Assembly (NCBI GenBank): GCA_013265495.1
Contig: MU058636.1
Span: 6,483,741 to 6,547,740 of the forward strand
Direction of reading: 5' to 3'
DNA: 64,000 bases
Source of the DNA: Vicugna vicugna
Lineage: Eukaryota
Shown: in pieces, positions 13,071-27,240 of the stretch
How the letters are laid out: each line of letters starts with the position of its first letter
Position numbering within the stretch: the stretch's first letter is position 1
Notes under the pieces: generated by a model
Told to the model about the DNA's origin: nothing
What the model saw: the letters and a program-made list of their open reading frames with translations, nothing else
Database searches by the model: none
Program-made: the position numbers and the translations under genes

Positions 13071-15604
13071 CAGTAACCTGGAAACTTCTTTCCTCTTCTA
13101 CACAGATTATCTCATCACACAGATAATGCGCACAAAGGTCGTTAGAGGACATCTAAAAACCAGGCTTCATTTCCTTGTGTCTCGTAGACTGCCTGGGTGA
13201 AGGGAAGGAACAGCTGGGTTAATTCCTGGGCAGCAACACCCAGGAGAGCTTTCAACAGAAGTCTAATTTTATATGAAAATGCTACAAGATCACTTACAGC
13301 GGACATCCCCCAGATGAATCCATCTTAAAGTGAACACATCAGCAAATTATATTTATATTTAAGGAAAGAGGTCTTGTAAAGACACGCCCTAAAATATGCC
13401 ATTGCATTTCTCTGGAATGTGTTCAGGAGGTGAAAATAACTAAAGAAAACGGCCAGCTTTCCTTATCACACAATATTCCAACCATCTGCTGCATGTGCTT
13501 ATGAAGACAGAGCTCAGTGTTTAAAATTCTCATCAAAGAAAATGTGAATAACCCGTTTACAACCTGTGAGAAAAAGGGAGAAGGATGCCTCTTTCTCATT
13601 GCCACAGGTTCAGATTCACAGTTAACACGTGCAGTTGTGGGTGGCTGTGCTTGTTTCTTGAAAGAAGATAATTGCACACACCACCAAATAACAAAACAGA
13701 AGGGGACAATGAGTGTGGGTGGTGGGAGTGAGATGTTAGAATAATCTAATTACTGTCGGGTGGTTTTCAAGCTGCACTAAGGGGAAAAAAGCCTAAACAA
13801 GATCCATTACCCAGAAAACAATCTGAGCTTCCATCTCTGCTCATTTTTATCAACTGATCCCAAAAGTTTTCATGAATTTGACAAACTTTGGGTTGATATA
13901 TGAGCCAGATGCTATTTGCTCTGAGTGCAAAGATAGGTTAAAGTCTCAAGTTCAATTAAGTCATCAAAGGCCAGTAACTTTCACTCTATATATGCTATGA
14001 CTACTAATTGTATATTACACACTGGTGAACACTGGGACCATTATTGTTGAAAACAACTTCCTGGCCTCCTCTGAACAGCCCAGGGTTCAGATAGAGACTT
14101 TGGAAATTTGTCACCTATTTGTGTAAGGCCCCAGGCTTTTGGAACGAGGGCAACTCACCTTATAGGGGTAATAAGTAAAGTGGAAGTGGCCACTACAACA
14201 GGAAAGAGAGGCTTTAAAAAAGAGAGAGGGAGAAAAGACATACCTCCTTGCGGCCTAGCCAGGATCAGTGGCCTCTGCCTTACTTCAGTGGTTTTGGACT
14301 TTGAAGATGGCACTGAAATGTACTATAGGTAAAGCATGAGGCTGACTTGGTCTGCTTCCTGCACTGTAGAGGTACAACAAGGAACATGGTACCCAGGGTA
14401 CCTCATGAGGCCCACCACACTGTGACAGCGTAGAGGCCAGAAGAGGAGAAACACTGGGAAGAGAGGTCCCTATGTGCTAGACGCACACACAGCTATGAGC
14501 CCTTGTAATGACAGCATCCTATGTTCTGGCAGTGGCTTGCAGCTGTCATTAGAGTGGACATGCCAGTTCCAAAACAGTGACGAAAGTCGTAACAATGCTC
14601 TGGAGAGCTCAAGAATTGACAGTCCTGGAATAGAAAGGATCTGACGTGGACAGAGGTAACTGGATCATTCAGGACAGGCTTCACGTAAGCAAGCTGGTAG
14701 ACTGAATCAAATCATCTTTGGAATGACAGCCAGGCAGGCTAGATGAAAGAGTCCCGAAACTGGAAGTCCTGGCTTGCTGGACTCACTACGCATCTCTCCC
14801 CTCACCCGCTGCAATGCCATCTCCAAATCCCACCCTCCAGCTTTGCCTCTGAACTTGGAAACTGTTGAGGATTAAATACACAAATAAACACTCTGTGAAA
14901 TGTAATAGGCACACCTGTCACCATTAGCTGTCAACATGATCACAAATGTTGACATTAACCATCAAAGTGTTGAAAGGATATAATATAACTGGTTAGAATA
15001 CTGAAGTCTGTGAGCATCTCTGAATGAACAGAAAATTACCACTGTCATCCTGACATGCTACAGCATTAATTATACACTAATAAAAGTCAACAATCATTGT
15101 ATCATTACAGTTACTGAAATCCAAATGGCATCGTTTTGTTTGTGAATCATTGGATTAAAGATATTAGGGCCAGTGAATTAAACTTCGCATTCCTTCCCTT
15201 AGACATGGCACAGCCAAGTGCTTGTTTACTTGGCATGCTCCTTATTACTCAGAGAGAAGCACTTGGCTGAACCGAGTCCCTTGGTTACAAGTACGTCATC
15301 AGCCACACTTAAACCAGGAAATGCAGGACTCTCAGGAAGTGCACTTGATAATAAAGCACAGTGAGCCAAAATTAGCCAATAATCGGCATTACTCTTCATC
15401 CTGAAATGATGCAATCATACTTTACAAGGTAGTCAAGCGTTGAAGATCAGCCTGGTGAACATATACGATCCCTTTCCTAGGTCTGTCAAGAGTTCATGCG
15501 ATTTTAAATGACCAGGTGTTAGACTTCCTAGTGTTTCAGCTTCTCTTTTCATAATCTAGAAACAGCCATCAATAACAGGATTTATAGTCCAGACGGGTGG
15601 CAAA

Positions 15605-15745
15605 TTCACTAGACTGTAAGCTCTTTAATGCTAAGGACAATGTTTTATTCTTTTTTATATCTACTGAGCACAATGCCTGGTGCAGCAGGTATTTAATTAA
15701 TGCTTGCTAAATTATTAACAATGAGAAAACTAAATGACGAATGAG
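15605..15745 (+). mobile_element. LINE-2 3' end
   Basis: cactagactgtaagctc...gcacaatgcctgg...taaatgacgaatga. Confidence 0.75.
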
Positions 15746-16274
15746 CCCTATTAGTCACTAGCCGATTGGACAGGCTTTCTTATTGCCCACCAGCACTATG
15801 AAGCATAGGGATGGGGATGACTTACAGAATCACATGGAAAAGCCTGTAGGGCTTTTCCTAGCCCCATGGAGCCATGAGCCTGCCTAGACAGGAGTAACTC
15901 AGTAACACACACACTCCACCTGCCAACACAGAGAAAAACAGCGTTCTTAGATTCCAGTATGCCAAGGCCCACTTATTTCAGGTTGTTCATTTTCAGCAGG
16001 CACTGTATAAATACCAAAGAAACAGTGCTGAAAGTAAAGATATTTTTTATTTTGAATCCTAGAAAATTCATAGGAATTACTGTCTTTTGGTGGATGGGTA
16101 CAGCTGGAATTCTGTTTATCCTGGAGTGCACACAGCAGACAAAAGTACTGAGGCACCATTCCTAGAGAACTGCAGAATGCTGTTTCTGTTTCCTAGTGAT
16201 TTATAATCTAACACCTGAGTGACTCTTTAAAGAAAAAGTAGCCATGCCTAACATTAAGAAATTGTTAATAAGCA

Positions 16275-16490
16275 TGTAGGGTTGCAGAGGCTCTAGAGTG
16301 AAAAGAACTGGGTTTGAGATCTGGCACTTCTTAGCTGTGTGATCCTAAGCAAATCACTTAACCTCTCTGAGCCTCAGTTATTATAACTGTTCTCATCTGT
16401 TAGCCTTCTTTTAAGATCTAGATAAAGTCAGGTATATTCTGAAGGGCTCTGTAAATTGTAAAACAAATTACAATGTTATTCATTATTGTT
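16275..16490 (+). mobile_element. MIR SINE
   Basis: ttagctgtgtgatcctaagcaaatcacttaacctctctgagcctcagtt. Confidence 0.85.
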
Positions 16491-17166
16491 TTATAGTTGC
16501 TTCTTTCTGTATATATAGAAGGTAAAGATCTAAACTATAGGAAAATGCCCAATTTAAAAAGAGTAATTCAGAGAGCTATAACTGCAAAGTGAGAGTGAAT
16601 TCCAGTGTGACAGAGTGACTGAAAATCAAATCCTGGATTTAGCCAGGTATCCAGAGACATCACTCCATACCAGGAAGGTAATAATGTCTTTCTGCATAAG
16701 TTTGTTTAGAAGACAAAAGAATTTGGCTCTCAATTCTGGTGCCTCCAATATCAGAGTGATTTTGACATCCAGAAATTATATGCAGTGGCATCACTCAATG
16801 TCTGCCACGTTTATTTAATTTTTTAATTTAAACTTTAACACTATTATGTATCACATAAGCAACTAGAGCTTTTTATTCAGGTCTAAAAAAATCTAAAACT
16901 TTCCAGATCAGAAATACTGTTGGTGGAGACAAATAAAAAGGCTGGGGTGTTGGGCTTGGGGTGAGACATTGCCCAACAACAGGCTTTCAATGATGTTATG
17001 CTTTCCTATAAACCTGTATGCCTTCTTTATAAAATAAGCAATTTTTCTGACATTTTTTTCATGGCCCAGTTCCTCTCGTCATTAAGGGACACATTTTTAA
17101 ATGGATTTTAGTACTTCTCTGTTTGGAACAATTATGTATTTTATGAAGGAATATATACACAGTTAC

Positions 17167-17169
17167 CAT
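17167..17169 (-). CDS. Candidate start codon (last 3 nt of exon), unidentified protein
   Basis: A at -3; splicing to the 7592 exon supplies G at +4, giving a strong Kozak context (AATATGG). The splice junction itself is inferred. Confidence 0.45.
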
Positions 17170-17603
17170 ATTTTTCTCGAACTTCTAGTTAACATTTCCC
17201 CTGCACAGTTGGATTGCTGGTGTAAATTCGTTAGAGAATCCTTAATTTTCTTCTCTCTCTTATCTTCTGTCCTTCTCTGTCTTTCCCCTTTGGGTCCTCC
17301 CGACAACTGTTGTGGCTCTCCTGACACCGAAGCAGGGGAAACAGATGGCGCCCCAGCTCTCCTCTCAGGGTTTTATCGAGCTGCAGCTACAGAACCCACA
17401 CGGAGGGAGGAATTCAGGTCCCAGACACATTTATGCTCATCTAAAGATGAGGTAACTTCTCCTCTCTGCACTGTGATCAAACCGAGGCTGATCCACAGAG
17501 GGAATTTCCGGTGAGGTGTGTGGCTGGATGCTGCGCTTGGCTCCTCCCTGGGAGTAGTCGGTCTCCATGGAGACAGACGCTCGACAGAAGAATCACGACA
17601 GGG
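17167..17603 (-). other. 437-nt spliced exon, mostly 5'UTR, ending in a candidate start codon (ATG|gt)
   Basis: Minus strand: pyrimidine-rich acceptor ...ctcctggtccccacctag|CCCTGTCG at 17603 and donor AAAAATATG|gtaact at 17167. Repeat-free and retains many CpGs compared with its flanks. An in-frame TAG lies five codons before the terminal ATG. Confidence 0.65.
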
Positions 17604-17750
17604 CTAGGTGGGGACCAGGAGCAGCAGGGGAGACACCACAAGTCAACAGATAGGGAAAAATAAGAAACACTAAATGGGAGGATCAATTATTTGGGTGGAA
17701 GAATTTACTTTCTAGCTGATCTTTTAAAATATTTCCTCATCTCAAAAAAA

Positions 17751-17796
17751 TTAAAATAAAATAAAATATAATATAATATAATATAATATAATATAG
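17751..17796. repeat. (TAAAA)n/(TATAA)n pentanucleotide microsatellite
   Basis: ttaaaataaaataaaatataatataatataatataatataatatag read directly. Confidence 0.9.
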
Positions 17797-19994
17797 TACA
17801 GAGAAGACTATTTAGGTGAGTAACACCAAAGCTTTAGTTGTTAATTACATATAATTTCCTCAAGTTGCACACACGATATGATCTATTAAGCTCTTGGCTT
17901 TCTCTAGCATCTCACTAATTTCAGAGAGTGATTTCTAATGATCACAGTTCAGAAATTGTCAGAAATGTTCCTCTCCTTTTGTTGCTTGTCGCCAAGTGAG
18001 AACAATCTTGTAATGACACCACACGTTTCAACATGCCTTTCCACAATGAGTCTTTAGAGGGAAATTCAACTTATGAGAATTAAGAAAACAGTCTGCTACT
18101 TCCCATAACATCAAAACCAGAGGAACATAGTTTTGCATGCAGAATACTACAGGACTATAATGCCTGCAGTGGGGGTGGTTATAGTCTACATAGATGATGA
18201 GCCATCACTGCTAATCCACTTAAGTGTAGTATTACTTGCACTTGCGAATATACACACTTTAAAGTCACTGATACCATATAATTTGTTACCATTTCTAAGA
18301 ACTAAGAAATAAAAGGAAAATGTGAAAGGTCAAAACATAAAGTCTCAGCTTTGTTTCACAACAATTATATGCCAACATGACAAAAAGCTAATGTGCTCAA
18401 TACTACAGCTTCTAAAAATCAGAGATATGTTCATTTTGTTACTTTCCACCACCACTCAGGATTAACCTTAGTCATTAGTATTGTTTTCAAAATAAAACAG
18501 TGAATAATAATCAATGCAGGAAAAATAGACTAGTAAATGAGGTGCATTTATCTAAAATCCTCTGTCCTTAGAGATCAAGAGTGACTTGCCAGTTGGGACT
18601 TGAGCAGATGTGACAGCCAATGTCACAGGAGCCAAAAGTGAAGTGAGAGCGAAGGTCTCAACCACATTCCCTAGGGGATGCTTTTGAAAGAAATGCCCTT
18701 TGAGCTTATGCCAGTGACACAACACCTTTTTATGACACTGCAATGTTGTTCTGCTATACTGTCAAGAATCCTTGGATACAGAACAAACTTGTGATATTTC
18801 AAAGCTATCTCAAAAGGCCTAATAATTCATTTTACTTATGAAGTACTTCAACAACCAGGGCAAGAATATCATTTTTGTGCTCAATGTTATAGTGCAATTC
18901 AATTCATGATTATAAAAGTCAGTTCTTCCGCATGATTTGAGTCAAGTAAAAAAACCTGCAAGCCTCAAATATAACTCCTTTGCCCACCTGAAGTCTTATT
19001 TGAGTTGATTGTAGATTCTGACATTGTTTCCAGAAGAACCCTATTAAACTTAAAAACTCTATCATGAAGTAATTAAATTATACTAGTAAAAAATGCTTAG
19101 CTGAATGAAGTTCCTTAAGGAAATATGGCCGGAACAGATAAAACAGGTAAAGCGATATTGAGATTGAGATTAAGGAAGAGACAAAGATCAATTTGGTATT
19201 TTGAATACATACCATATACATAGAATTGAGCACTTTACATGCACTCTACTTTTTAATCCTCACAATAAGTTATTAGTGCTCCCATATTACACAGTTGATC
19301 CCACAGCCAATGAGGAGTAGAGCCTGAATTCTAGCAACACTGATGAGTGAATAGGGATGGCAGGTGGATGGAAAGGAAAGTCTGGAGAAGGTCCACTGCA
19401 TGGGGTGGTCCTGGGACAGTCAGGATAGTAATAGGCTAGGTGTCAGAGGACAACGCTCCAAATGCAAAATCCACCGAAGAGATGGCTTAAATGGATATAA
19501 CAGATTCCTAACGTTGGCGCTACTTTATTTCATCATCATGTTGAAAACATCTGAAGGACAGTGGGGAGAATGATTCAAATAGAGGAAACTACAAGTGCCA
19601 TTTAATCTTCACACACTTCAAAAAAGGTGGTAAAATGCTGTTGGGGGTTTACTGTAAAAATTAAGTGGGCTAGTGTTTGAGTGTGGTGAGGGTGTGTGTA
19701 TAAGTGTGGCATGCATATGTGCATGCATCCACTTGGGGCGGTACTAAGCATGTGAATGAGTGTGCTGTGTCTGTGTGTATCTGCATCAGTGTGCATGGAA
19801 AAGCACACTGAACACACTACTACTTGATGATGCTTAATTTACTCACCTGGGAAAACAACCAACTCTACTTGAACTGATCACCTACTGGGAGCCTGTCCCA
19901 CAGAAAATGAACATAGCTGGGCTGACTGAGCTCTTCTTAAATTCAAAATGGGTACCCAAAAATGCCCAGTGAGCCTAATATGTTTCCTAGAAGC

Positions 19995-20745
19995 AAATTT
20001 TCCCCATTCTCCAAGAGGTCCATTTAACACTTTCTCATCTGTTTTCTGACTTCCAATATTCCCTCTAACCCACTCTAACTTTTTAAACTGTTGAACTCAC
20101 CTCGTATTTCACTAAGAAGCTACACATAACCATATAGGAATTCTCTCATCTTCCCAGCATCACCTCTACCTGTGTCTGTACCCAAATACTCTGCCTTTAT
20201 TCCTATTACAATGGAAGAAGTGTTTTTCCTCCCATCAAAGGCTAACATATTTGTGCTCTGGATTCCATCGTCTCTATGCTTCTCAAGGATTTCTGCAAGC
20301 CTTCTGAATTGTTAGTGCCCTTCTCTCTCATTCCTGTCAGCATACAAACATGCTCTAGGATCTCCCATCTTTAATAAGTGTCCCTGTATACTGCATCCCT
20401 CCTCAAGAAATGTTCACATTGCTCCACATCAGAGCAAAACTTACTAAAGTAGTCATCTAATTTGATTGCTTCTATGTCTTCACTTCCAATCATCTCTTTG
20501 GCCCTGTCAGTAGAACTTCAGTCTCTCCCACCAACCCAACAGAACTGTTCATAACCATCAACGACTTCCTTAATATCAAGAAAATCTTCACTTCTCTGAC
20601 CTCATTTCACTCTCTCAACAGTGTTCTGTGGAGTTAAAACTCTCTCCTCCTTGAAATATTTTAACCTCTTGGTTTCCTTGAAACCAACTCTTCAGATTTC
20701 CCTACTAACTCACTGCCCATTCTTTCTCAGTTTCTTTGCTGGCTA
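19995..20745 (+). mobile_element. LINE-2 internal fragment
   Basis: Pyrimidine-rich L2 ORF2-type sequence: ttgtgctctggattccatc, ctctcctccttgaaa, tctcagtttctttgctgg. Confidence 0.7.
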
Positions 20746-20754
20746 CAACTTGAT

Positions 20755-23580
20755 ATGAATAAAAACAAAAATACAATACACTAAAACTTAAGAGATGTTG
20801 AGAAAGCAGTGCTCAGAAGGAAATTTACAGCTGTAAACACCAATATATTTTTTAAAAGGAATCTCAGATCAATAACCTAACATTACAGAAACAAAAAGAT
20901 TGAAAGGTATACTATGAAAAAATGTATGTCAACAGTTAGATAGTTTAGATAAAATGAAAAAACTCTTAGAAGATACAAAATACCAAAACTTATTTAAGAA
21001 AGAATAGAAAACCTGAATGGACTTACAACAAGTAAAGAGACAGAGACAATGATACTAAAACTACCACAAATTAATGCCTAGGCTCAGATGGCTTCCCTGA
21101 TGAATTCTAGCAAAAATTTAAAGAAGAATTAATGTCAATCTTTCACAGACTCTCCCCCAGAATATAACTGAACACTTCTCAATTCATTCCATATGATCCG
21201 TACTAAAGTTCCATGAAAACCAGAAAAGATATCATAACAAAAGGAAATTACATCCCAATATCTTTCATGAATATAGATGCAAAAATTCCCAACAAAATAA
21301 ATTGAGCAACATATAAAAGGATTTTACACCATAACCAAGAGAGATTTATCTCAGGAATGCAAAGTTGGTTCAAGGTAGAAAAATCAAACAATTTAATTTT
21401 AACCATTTTAATAAAAGGACAAAAACAACACAATCATTTCAATAGATGCAGAAAAAGCATTAAACAAAATTCAGTGCCCTTTCATGATTAAAACACTCAA
21501 CAAACTTGGAATGGAAGTGAACCTCTCAAGCTTATAAAGGACATCAGTGAAAAACCTAGAGCTAAAATCATACTTTATGGTGAAAGGCTATATGGTTTCT
21601 TTCTAAAATCAGAATCATAACAAAGATGTCTTCTATAGCCTCTTTTATTCCACATTATACTGGAGGTTCTATCCAGGACAATTAGGAAAGAAAGAAATAA
21701 AAGGTATCCAGGTTAGAAAGGAAGAAATAAAACTATATTTGCAGATGACATAATCTTGTATAGAGAAAATCCTAGCAAATCCTGTAAAGTACTGTTATAA
21801 CTAATAAATGACTATAGCAAAGTTGCAGGATAAATAATCAATATATAAAAGCAATTAGTCCTATATATAAATAGCAAACCATTTGAAAATGAATTTAAAC
21901 AATTCCATTTACTATATCACAAAAAAGAATAAAATCCTTAGGAATAAATTTAACAAAAAAATTCAAGACTTCTACATTGAAAACCACAAAACATTATTGA
22001 AGGAAATTAGAGAAGACCTAAAACAATGAAAAGACATCCCATATTCATGGACTTTAAAACTTAATATTGTTAAAATATCAGTAATTGCCAAACTGGTCTT
22101 CAGATATGTTGCAATACTGAACGAAATCCCAACTGTCTTTTCTGCAGAGATTGTCAAACAGATCTTAAAATTCATATGGAAATCCAAGGGACTCAGAGTA
22201 ACTACTTTTGAAAAAGATGGAAGACTCTCAAAAGTGATAAAATAAAAATTTTTTAAAAGGATGGAATTTTTCCAAGTTTTCCATATTTCCAAGTTTCAGA
22301 ACTTACCACAAAGCTACAGTAATCAAAACAATGTGGCATGGCATAAGAATAGATATCTACATCAACACAATAGAATTGAGTCCAGACAGAAATGAACTTA
22401 CGTTTTCATGGCCAATAGTATTTCAGAAAGGGTGCCAAAGATAAATCAAAGGGGAAGAAATAGTCTTTCAATAGTGCCAGGACAACCAGACATCCACCTA
22501 CATGCAAATAATAAAGCTGGACTATCTCACCTCATATACAAATTACTTAAAATAGATCAAAATTCTAAATGTAGGAGGTAAAAATGATCAAACTCTTAAA
22601 AGAAACATAGGAGTAAATCTTCATGTCCTTAAATTAGCCAATGGTTTCTTAAATATGACACCAAAAACACAAATGAGAAAAGAAAAAAAAATAGAAAAAT
22701 TGAACTACATCAAATTTAAGCCCATTGTACTGCAAGTGACACTATAAAGAAAGTGAACATACAACTCACAGACTGGGAGGAAATATTGGTAAATCATGTA
22801 TCTATTAAGATACTTATATTCAGAATATATAAAGAACTCTTTCAACTCAACAACAGGAATATAAATAATTATTTATACACTATAAATAATAATTAAATAA
22901 TATTTAAATAGGCAAAGGATTTGAATAGACATTTCTCCAGTGAAAAAATAAAAATGGCCAATACGCATAAAAAAAGATGCTCAACATCATTAGTCATTAT
23001 CAAAATGAAAATCAAAACCACAATGAAATACCACTTCACACTCACTTAGGATGGCTATTACCATAATTTGAAAACAAACAAACAAACAATATCGAGTGTT
23101 GGTGATGACATGGAGAAACTGAAACTCTTATTCTTTGCTGGTAGAAATATAAAATAGTAGGGCCACTTTGGAAAACAGTTTGGCATTCCTTGAACTGTTT
23201 CAAAGGAATATTACTTGACAATTAAAAGGAATGATTACTGACACATGCTATACAGCATAGATGAACCTTGAAAACATTATACGAAGTGAAAGAAGTAAGG
23301 ACAAAGACCACAGATGTTATGGTTTCTTTTGTATTAAATGTCTAGAATGAAATCTATAGACAGAAGGTATATTACTGTTTGCCTAGGGCTACGGAAGGGA
23401 CAATGGTAGTAACGGCTAATATGTGTAAGACTTAGGGTTGGGGGGTGATGAAGCATTCTAACATATGTTGGTGATGGTTGCACAACTCTTTGAATATATT
23501 AAAAACCACTGAACTGAATATTTAAATAACTAGATTTTTCTGGTATGTGAATTATATCTTAATAAAGATGTTAAAAAATA
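20755..23580 (+). mobile_element. LINE-1 (L1MB-like), ORF2 RT region to 3'UTR, degenerate
   Basis: atagatgcagaaaaagcatt, atttgcagatgacataat (FADD motif region), aaaaccacaatgaaataccacttcaca; 3' end ggtatgtgaattatatcttaataaag. Confidence 0.92.
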
Positions 23581-24065
23581 ATCTTGAGAGCCAAATGCCA
23601 CATATTTAAAGAGGGGGGAATTTACAAGATTCCAGGATAAGATGCAAAGTGAGAAGCATATGTCACTTAAAAATATTTCCTCTGCTGGCAGCAAGAACTG
23701 TAAGCGAACATTAATCTTAACTTGAGATATACTGGTAATTCTTACACAGGGAATAATTCATCAATTACGTATTCACAGACCTTTTCCTTAAAGGATTTGT
23801 AGTAGAATGAAAACAAATTCAAGCTACGGCAGCACTCAAAGTTTTCTCCTAGGGCTATGCATTGCTTCTTCAAGTCTTAAAGGTAACATCATAATAAGAT
23901 GATTGTAACAGTTGAGGGAAAGCCTGGTTGAGAATTTCATCTGACTAGGTTTCCTCAAAACAGTGTTTCCAGCTTCCTGCCAAAATACCTATGAAGATAT
24001 AGTACTCCAGGCAAAATACAGATTTCCTAGTAAGGTGTTTTTACTTACAAAGAATTTTGTTTGCT

Positions 24066-24785
24066 TTATTTTTTTTAAATAGATTTTATTTCTGGGGCAG
24101 TTTTAGGTTCACAGCAAAATTAAGCAGAAGGCTTGGAGATTTCCATTTACCCCCGACCCCACACAGGCACAGCCTCCCTTGCTATTGCCATCCTGTATCA
24201 CAATGGTACCTCTGTTACAGTCGATGACTCTACATTAACACATCAGTATTACCCAAAGTTCATAGTTAAAATTTGGGTTCACTCTTGCTGTTGTACATTC
24301 TATGCCTTTGGATATAGTATCATACGAATAGTTTTACTGCCCTAAAAATCCTTTGGGTTCCACCTGTTCGTTCCCTCTCTTCCCTTTAACCCCTGGTCCT
24401 TTTTTTATCTTCACAATTTTGCCCTTCCCAGAATGTCACATCATTGGAATCATACAGTATGTAGCCTTTTCAGATTGACTTCTTTCATTTAGTAATGTGC
24501 CTTTAAGGTCCCTCCCTTCATCTTTTTCATGACTTGACAGCTCATTTCTTTTTAGTATTGAGTAATATTCCATTGTCTAGATGTACCAGAGTTTGTTTAT
24601 CCATTCACCTGCTGAAGGACATCTAGGTTGCTTCCATGTATTGGCAATTTTGAATAAAGTTACTGTAAACATTGGTGTATAGGTTTTGTGTGAAAACAAG
24701 TTTTCAATTCATTTGGATAAATATCAAAGAATGTGATTGTCAGACTATATGCTAAGAATATGTTTAGTTTTTTAAGAAACTGCTA
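24066..24785 (-). mobile_element. LINE-1 (L1MC-like) 3' end
   Basis: cagttttaggttcacagcaaaattaagcagaag, ggaatcatacagtatgtagccttttcagattg. Confidence 0.85.
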
Positions 24786-27084
24786 TAATTGTTATAATAT
24801 TTAAAAAAAACTGTAAGATTCAGAGAGACAAATAAAACTTCCTAAAAGGAAACATCAGGATATATCTATTGTATATTGATTTTAAATCACATTGTCAAAG
24901 GACAAGGACCCAAATTACAGAGCATTTCAAGAGAAGAGAGGGTTGTAACTTAAGACTTTTCTACAATGTTGTTGCTCATTTATGAAAGTGGAAGACAAAT
25001 ATCTTCAGAGTTGCAAGGGCTCCAGCAATCTGTTACTCGGGTAACCTTCTTTCAAAATTACTTGCAATGACCTCCAAGGAGGATAAAGCAAATTAAGAAT
25101 TCAAGCATGAAGACATGACTGTGTAAGAGGGCTGGCGGTAAATACACTTTTCCCTGCCCTCCCTAATTTGAACATCATCCTGCATTGCAGGTTCTCTAGG
25201 ACTTTGTCCCTTAAGGATGACACTTGTCACAGTTGCTGGTGTGCCCATGACACTGTAACTGCTCCCGCATCACACTGTGTGGTCCTAGCAAGCAGGCAGT
25301 GTGTGCTGCAGCTCATCTTTGCAGGTAACCCCCTCAACTGCATGATGTCTATGAAGAAAAAGAACTTGACACACCTATTGTCACACTTACCACACCACCC
25401 AAATATAATTTATTTGTGCCACACATCTAATTTGTTAATTCTTCAAGGTCCAGGACTAAGCTGAATTTCTCTCTTCACCCTAAGAGTCCCTGCTCAGTGC
25501 CCAGGTGAAAAAGTCATTCCATATTTGGTGAATTATTGAGCGCAATCCCCTGCCACACCCTCCCCCTGCCACACCAAACATTGCACCTCTGTGACTTACT
25601 GCATGTTGTTTTCACCTCGGATTCTTTGCCCCTCCTCCTCCACTTCTTGAACCCCAGAGCCTTATAGCCAGCTCCAGCCACCTCCTCTGTCAACACTCAG
25701 GCAGAACTGGCTGTCTCCACAGCAATCAGCTGTGTCATACAGAAATTATTTGCTCATTTATTTATCATGCACATTAGATGGTGGGTTTCTGAGGGCTATG
25801 ACTTTGATTTTTCCAACTTTAGGCTCCATGCTACCTAACTCATAGTAAATGCTTGTTGAATATTTGCTAAATAAATGAACCCACTGAAACAGCCACATAA
25901 GCATGTAAGTCATTGCTTATCTAATCAGAAGTGTTTTTTTAAGGGCCATCTTGGAAGTACCAAAACAAAAGTGGATACTATGCATCCAGGGAGGGTATCC
26001 AAATGATGAGCAGGTATTCTCAAATTTACCTGAGCATGGTTTTGGTAAGCAGGGGGTTCCATCCTCTCAAGGTTTGGGAAATGAGCCAAGCTCACAGTTT
26101 AGCTCCATCATACTGAAATTATGTTCCATCTCTTAGTTATAGTCATGAAGTCTCACTGCTTTCAAGCTCTTCCTCAAAATTCTTTTTAGTGTATTTTGAC
26201 TCATGGGTCTATCAAAATTTCCTTTGGTCTATTGCACTAAACTAATTTTCTCTGTCATGTGAAAAATGCCATAATTTTTAGTACTTAGAAGACTCAAAGT
26301 TTTAATGGGAAGATTTAGTTAATCTTTTGAAATAATTTTTTTTAAAGTATACCTTCTTAGATACAGATACTGTACTTAGATTGGCTTGCTCTATGATTGA
26401 TCTCTTTCTCTTGAACTAATTTTTTGCTGAGGTTTTTTTCCTGCTCTTGAAAGAATAAGATATTCTAACTCCACCTGCCTGTTGATGAGGGTTTTCATGT
26501 ACAGGAGTTATAAGGAGCACAACTGCTGAGAAACTGTTCGCACATATAGAGAAGTGAGTGTATAGCCTTGCCTGAGAGAGTCCAGGCAATTTTGGATGAA
26601 TGAAAAGATCTGAATAAAATGAGACAGACCTATGGGTCAACATATACTAAAACAAATTTAAAATCACTATTATAAATTAGTCTGGAAAATATTCTACAGA
26701 AGTCAACAGTTTAAATCTCACCTAAAGGCATGTTATAGAAACAGGAAATGCCCAGGTATCACAAAAACAGCTGCATTATAATTCAGAGCATAACTAAAAC
26801 GAGTATGTCCTAGAAAGCAGTCTTCAAATCCTATTTTTCACAATGTCAAATCCATTTTATAAAATTTGAAAAGTCCTAGAAGTATCCATATACTGGAGCA
26901 AGGATTTCTCAGGATACCATTTATTTTACATTAAAAAAAAGGTGACGTTTGTTGGTTCTTACCTACAAATGCAAGAAACAGAAACCTGAGAAATTAAAGT
27001 TGTGGTTTTGATCAGTCTTACCCAATCATTGTCATAATTACTCCTGATTTTTAATTACTCATCACTTACTGATTTGATCTTGGC

Positions 27085-27240
27085 AAAAGAAGAGCCCTAG
27101 AGTAGGAACCAGGGATTCCGAAGTCAAGTTCCAGTGCTGCTGCTATCTAGCTGTGTTCCCACGGGCAAGTCCTTTCATCTTCTGGAGTTCCAGTGTCTCC
27201 ATTTATAAAGTTGAGAGGTTGAATAAAGTTATTCCAGTTT
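27085..27240 (+). mobile_element. MIR SINE
   Basis: tagctgtgttcccacgggcaagtc...cagtgtctccatttataaa. Confidence 0.7.

Noticed and set aside
17101..17514. 137-aa plus-strand ORF
   Set aside because: Antisense to the minus-strand exon, no recognisable domain, and the splice signals favour the minus strand.
23171..23209. Inverted copy (AAACAGTT/AACTGTTT) at an apparent L1 internal deletion junction
   Set aside because: Only 8 bp and equally explained by ordinary divergence from the L1 consensus.
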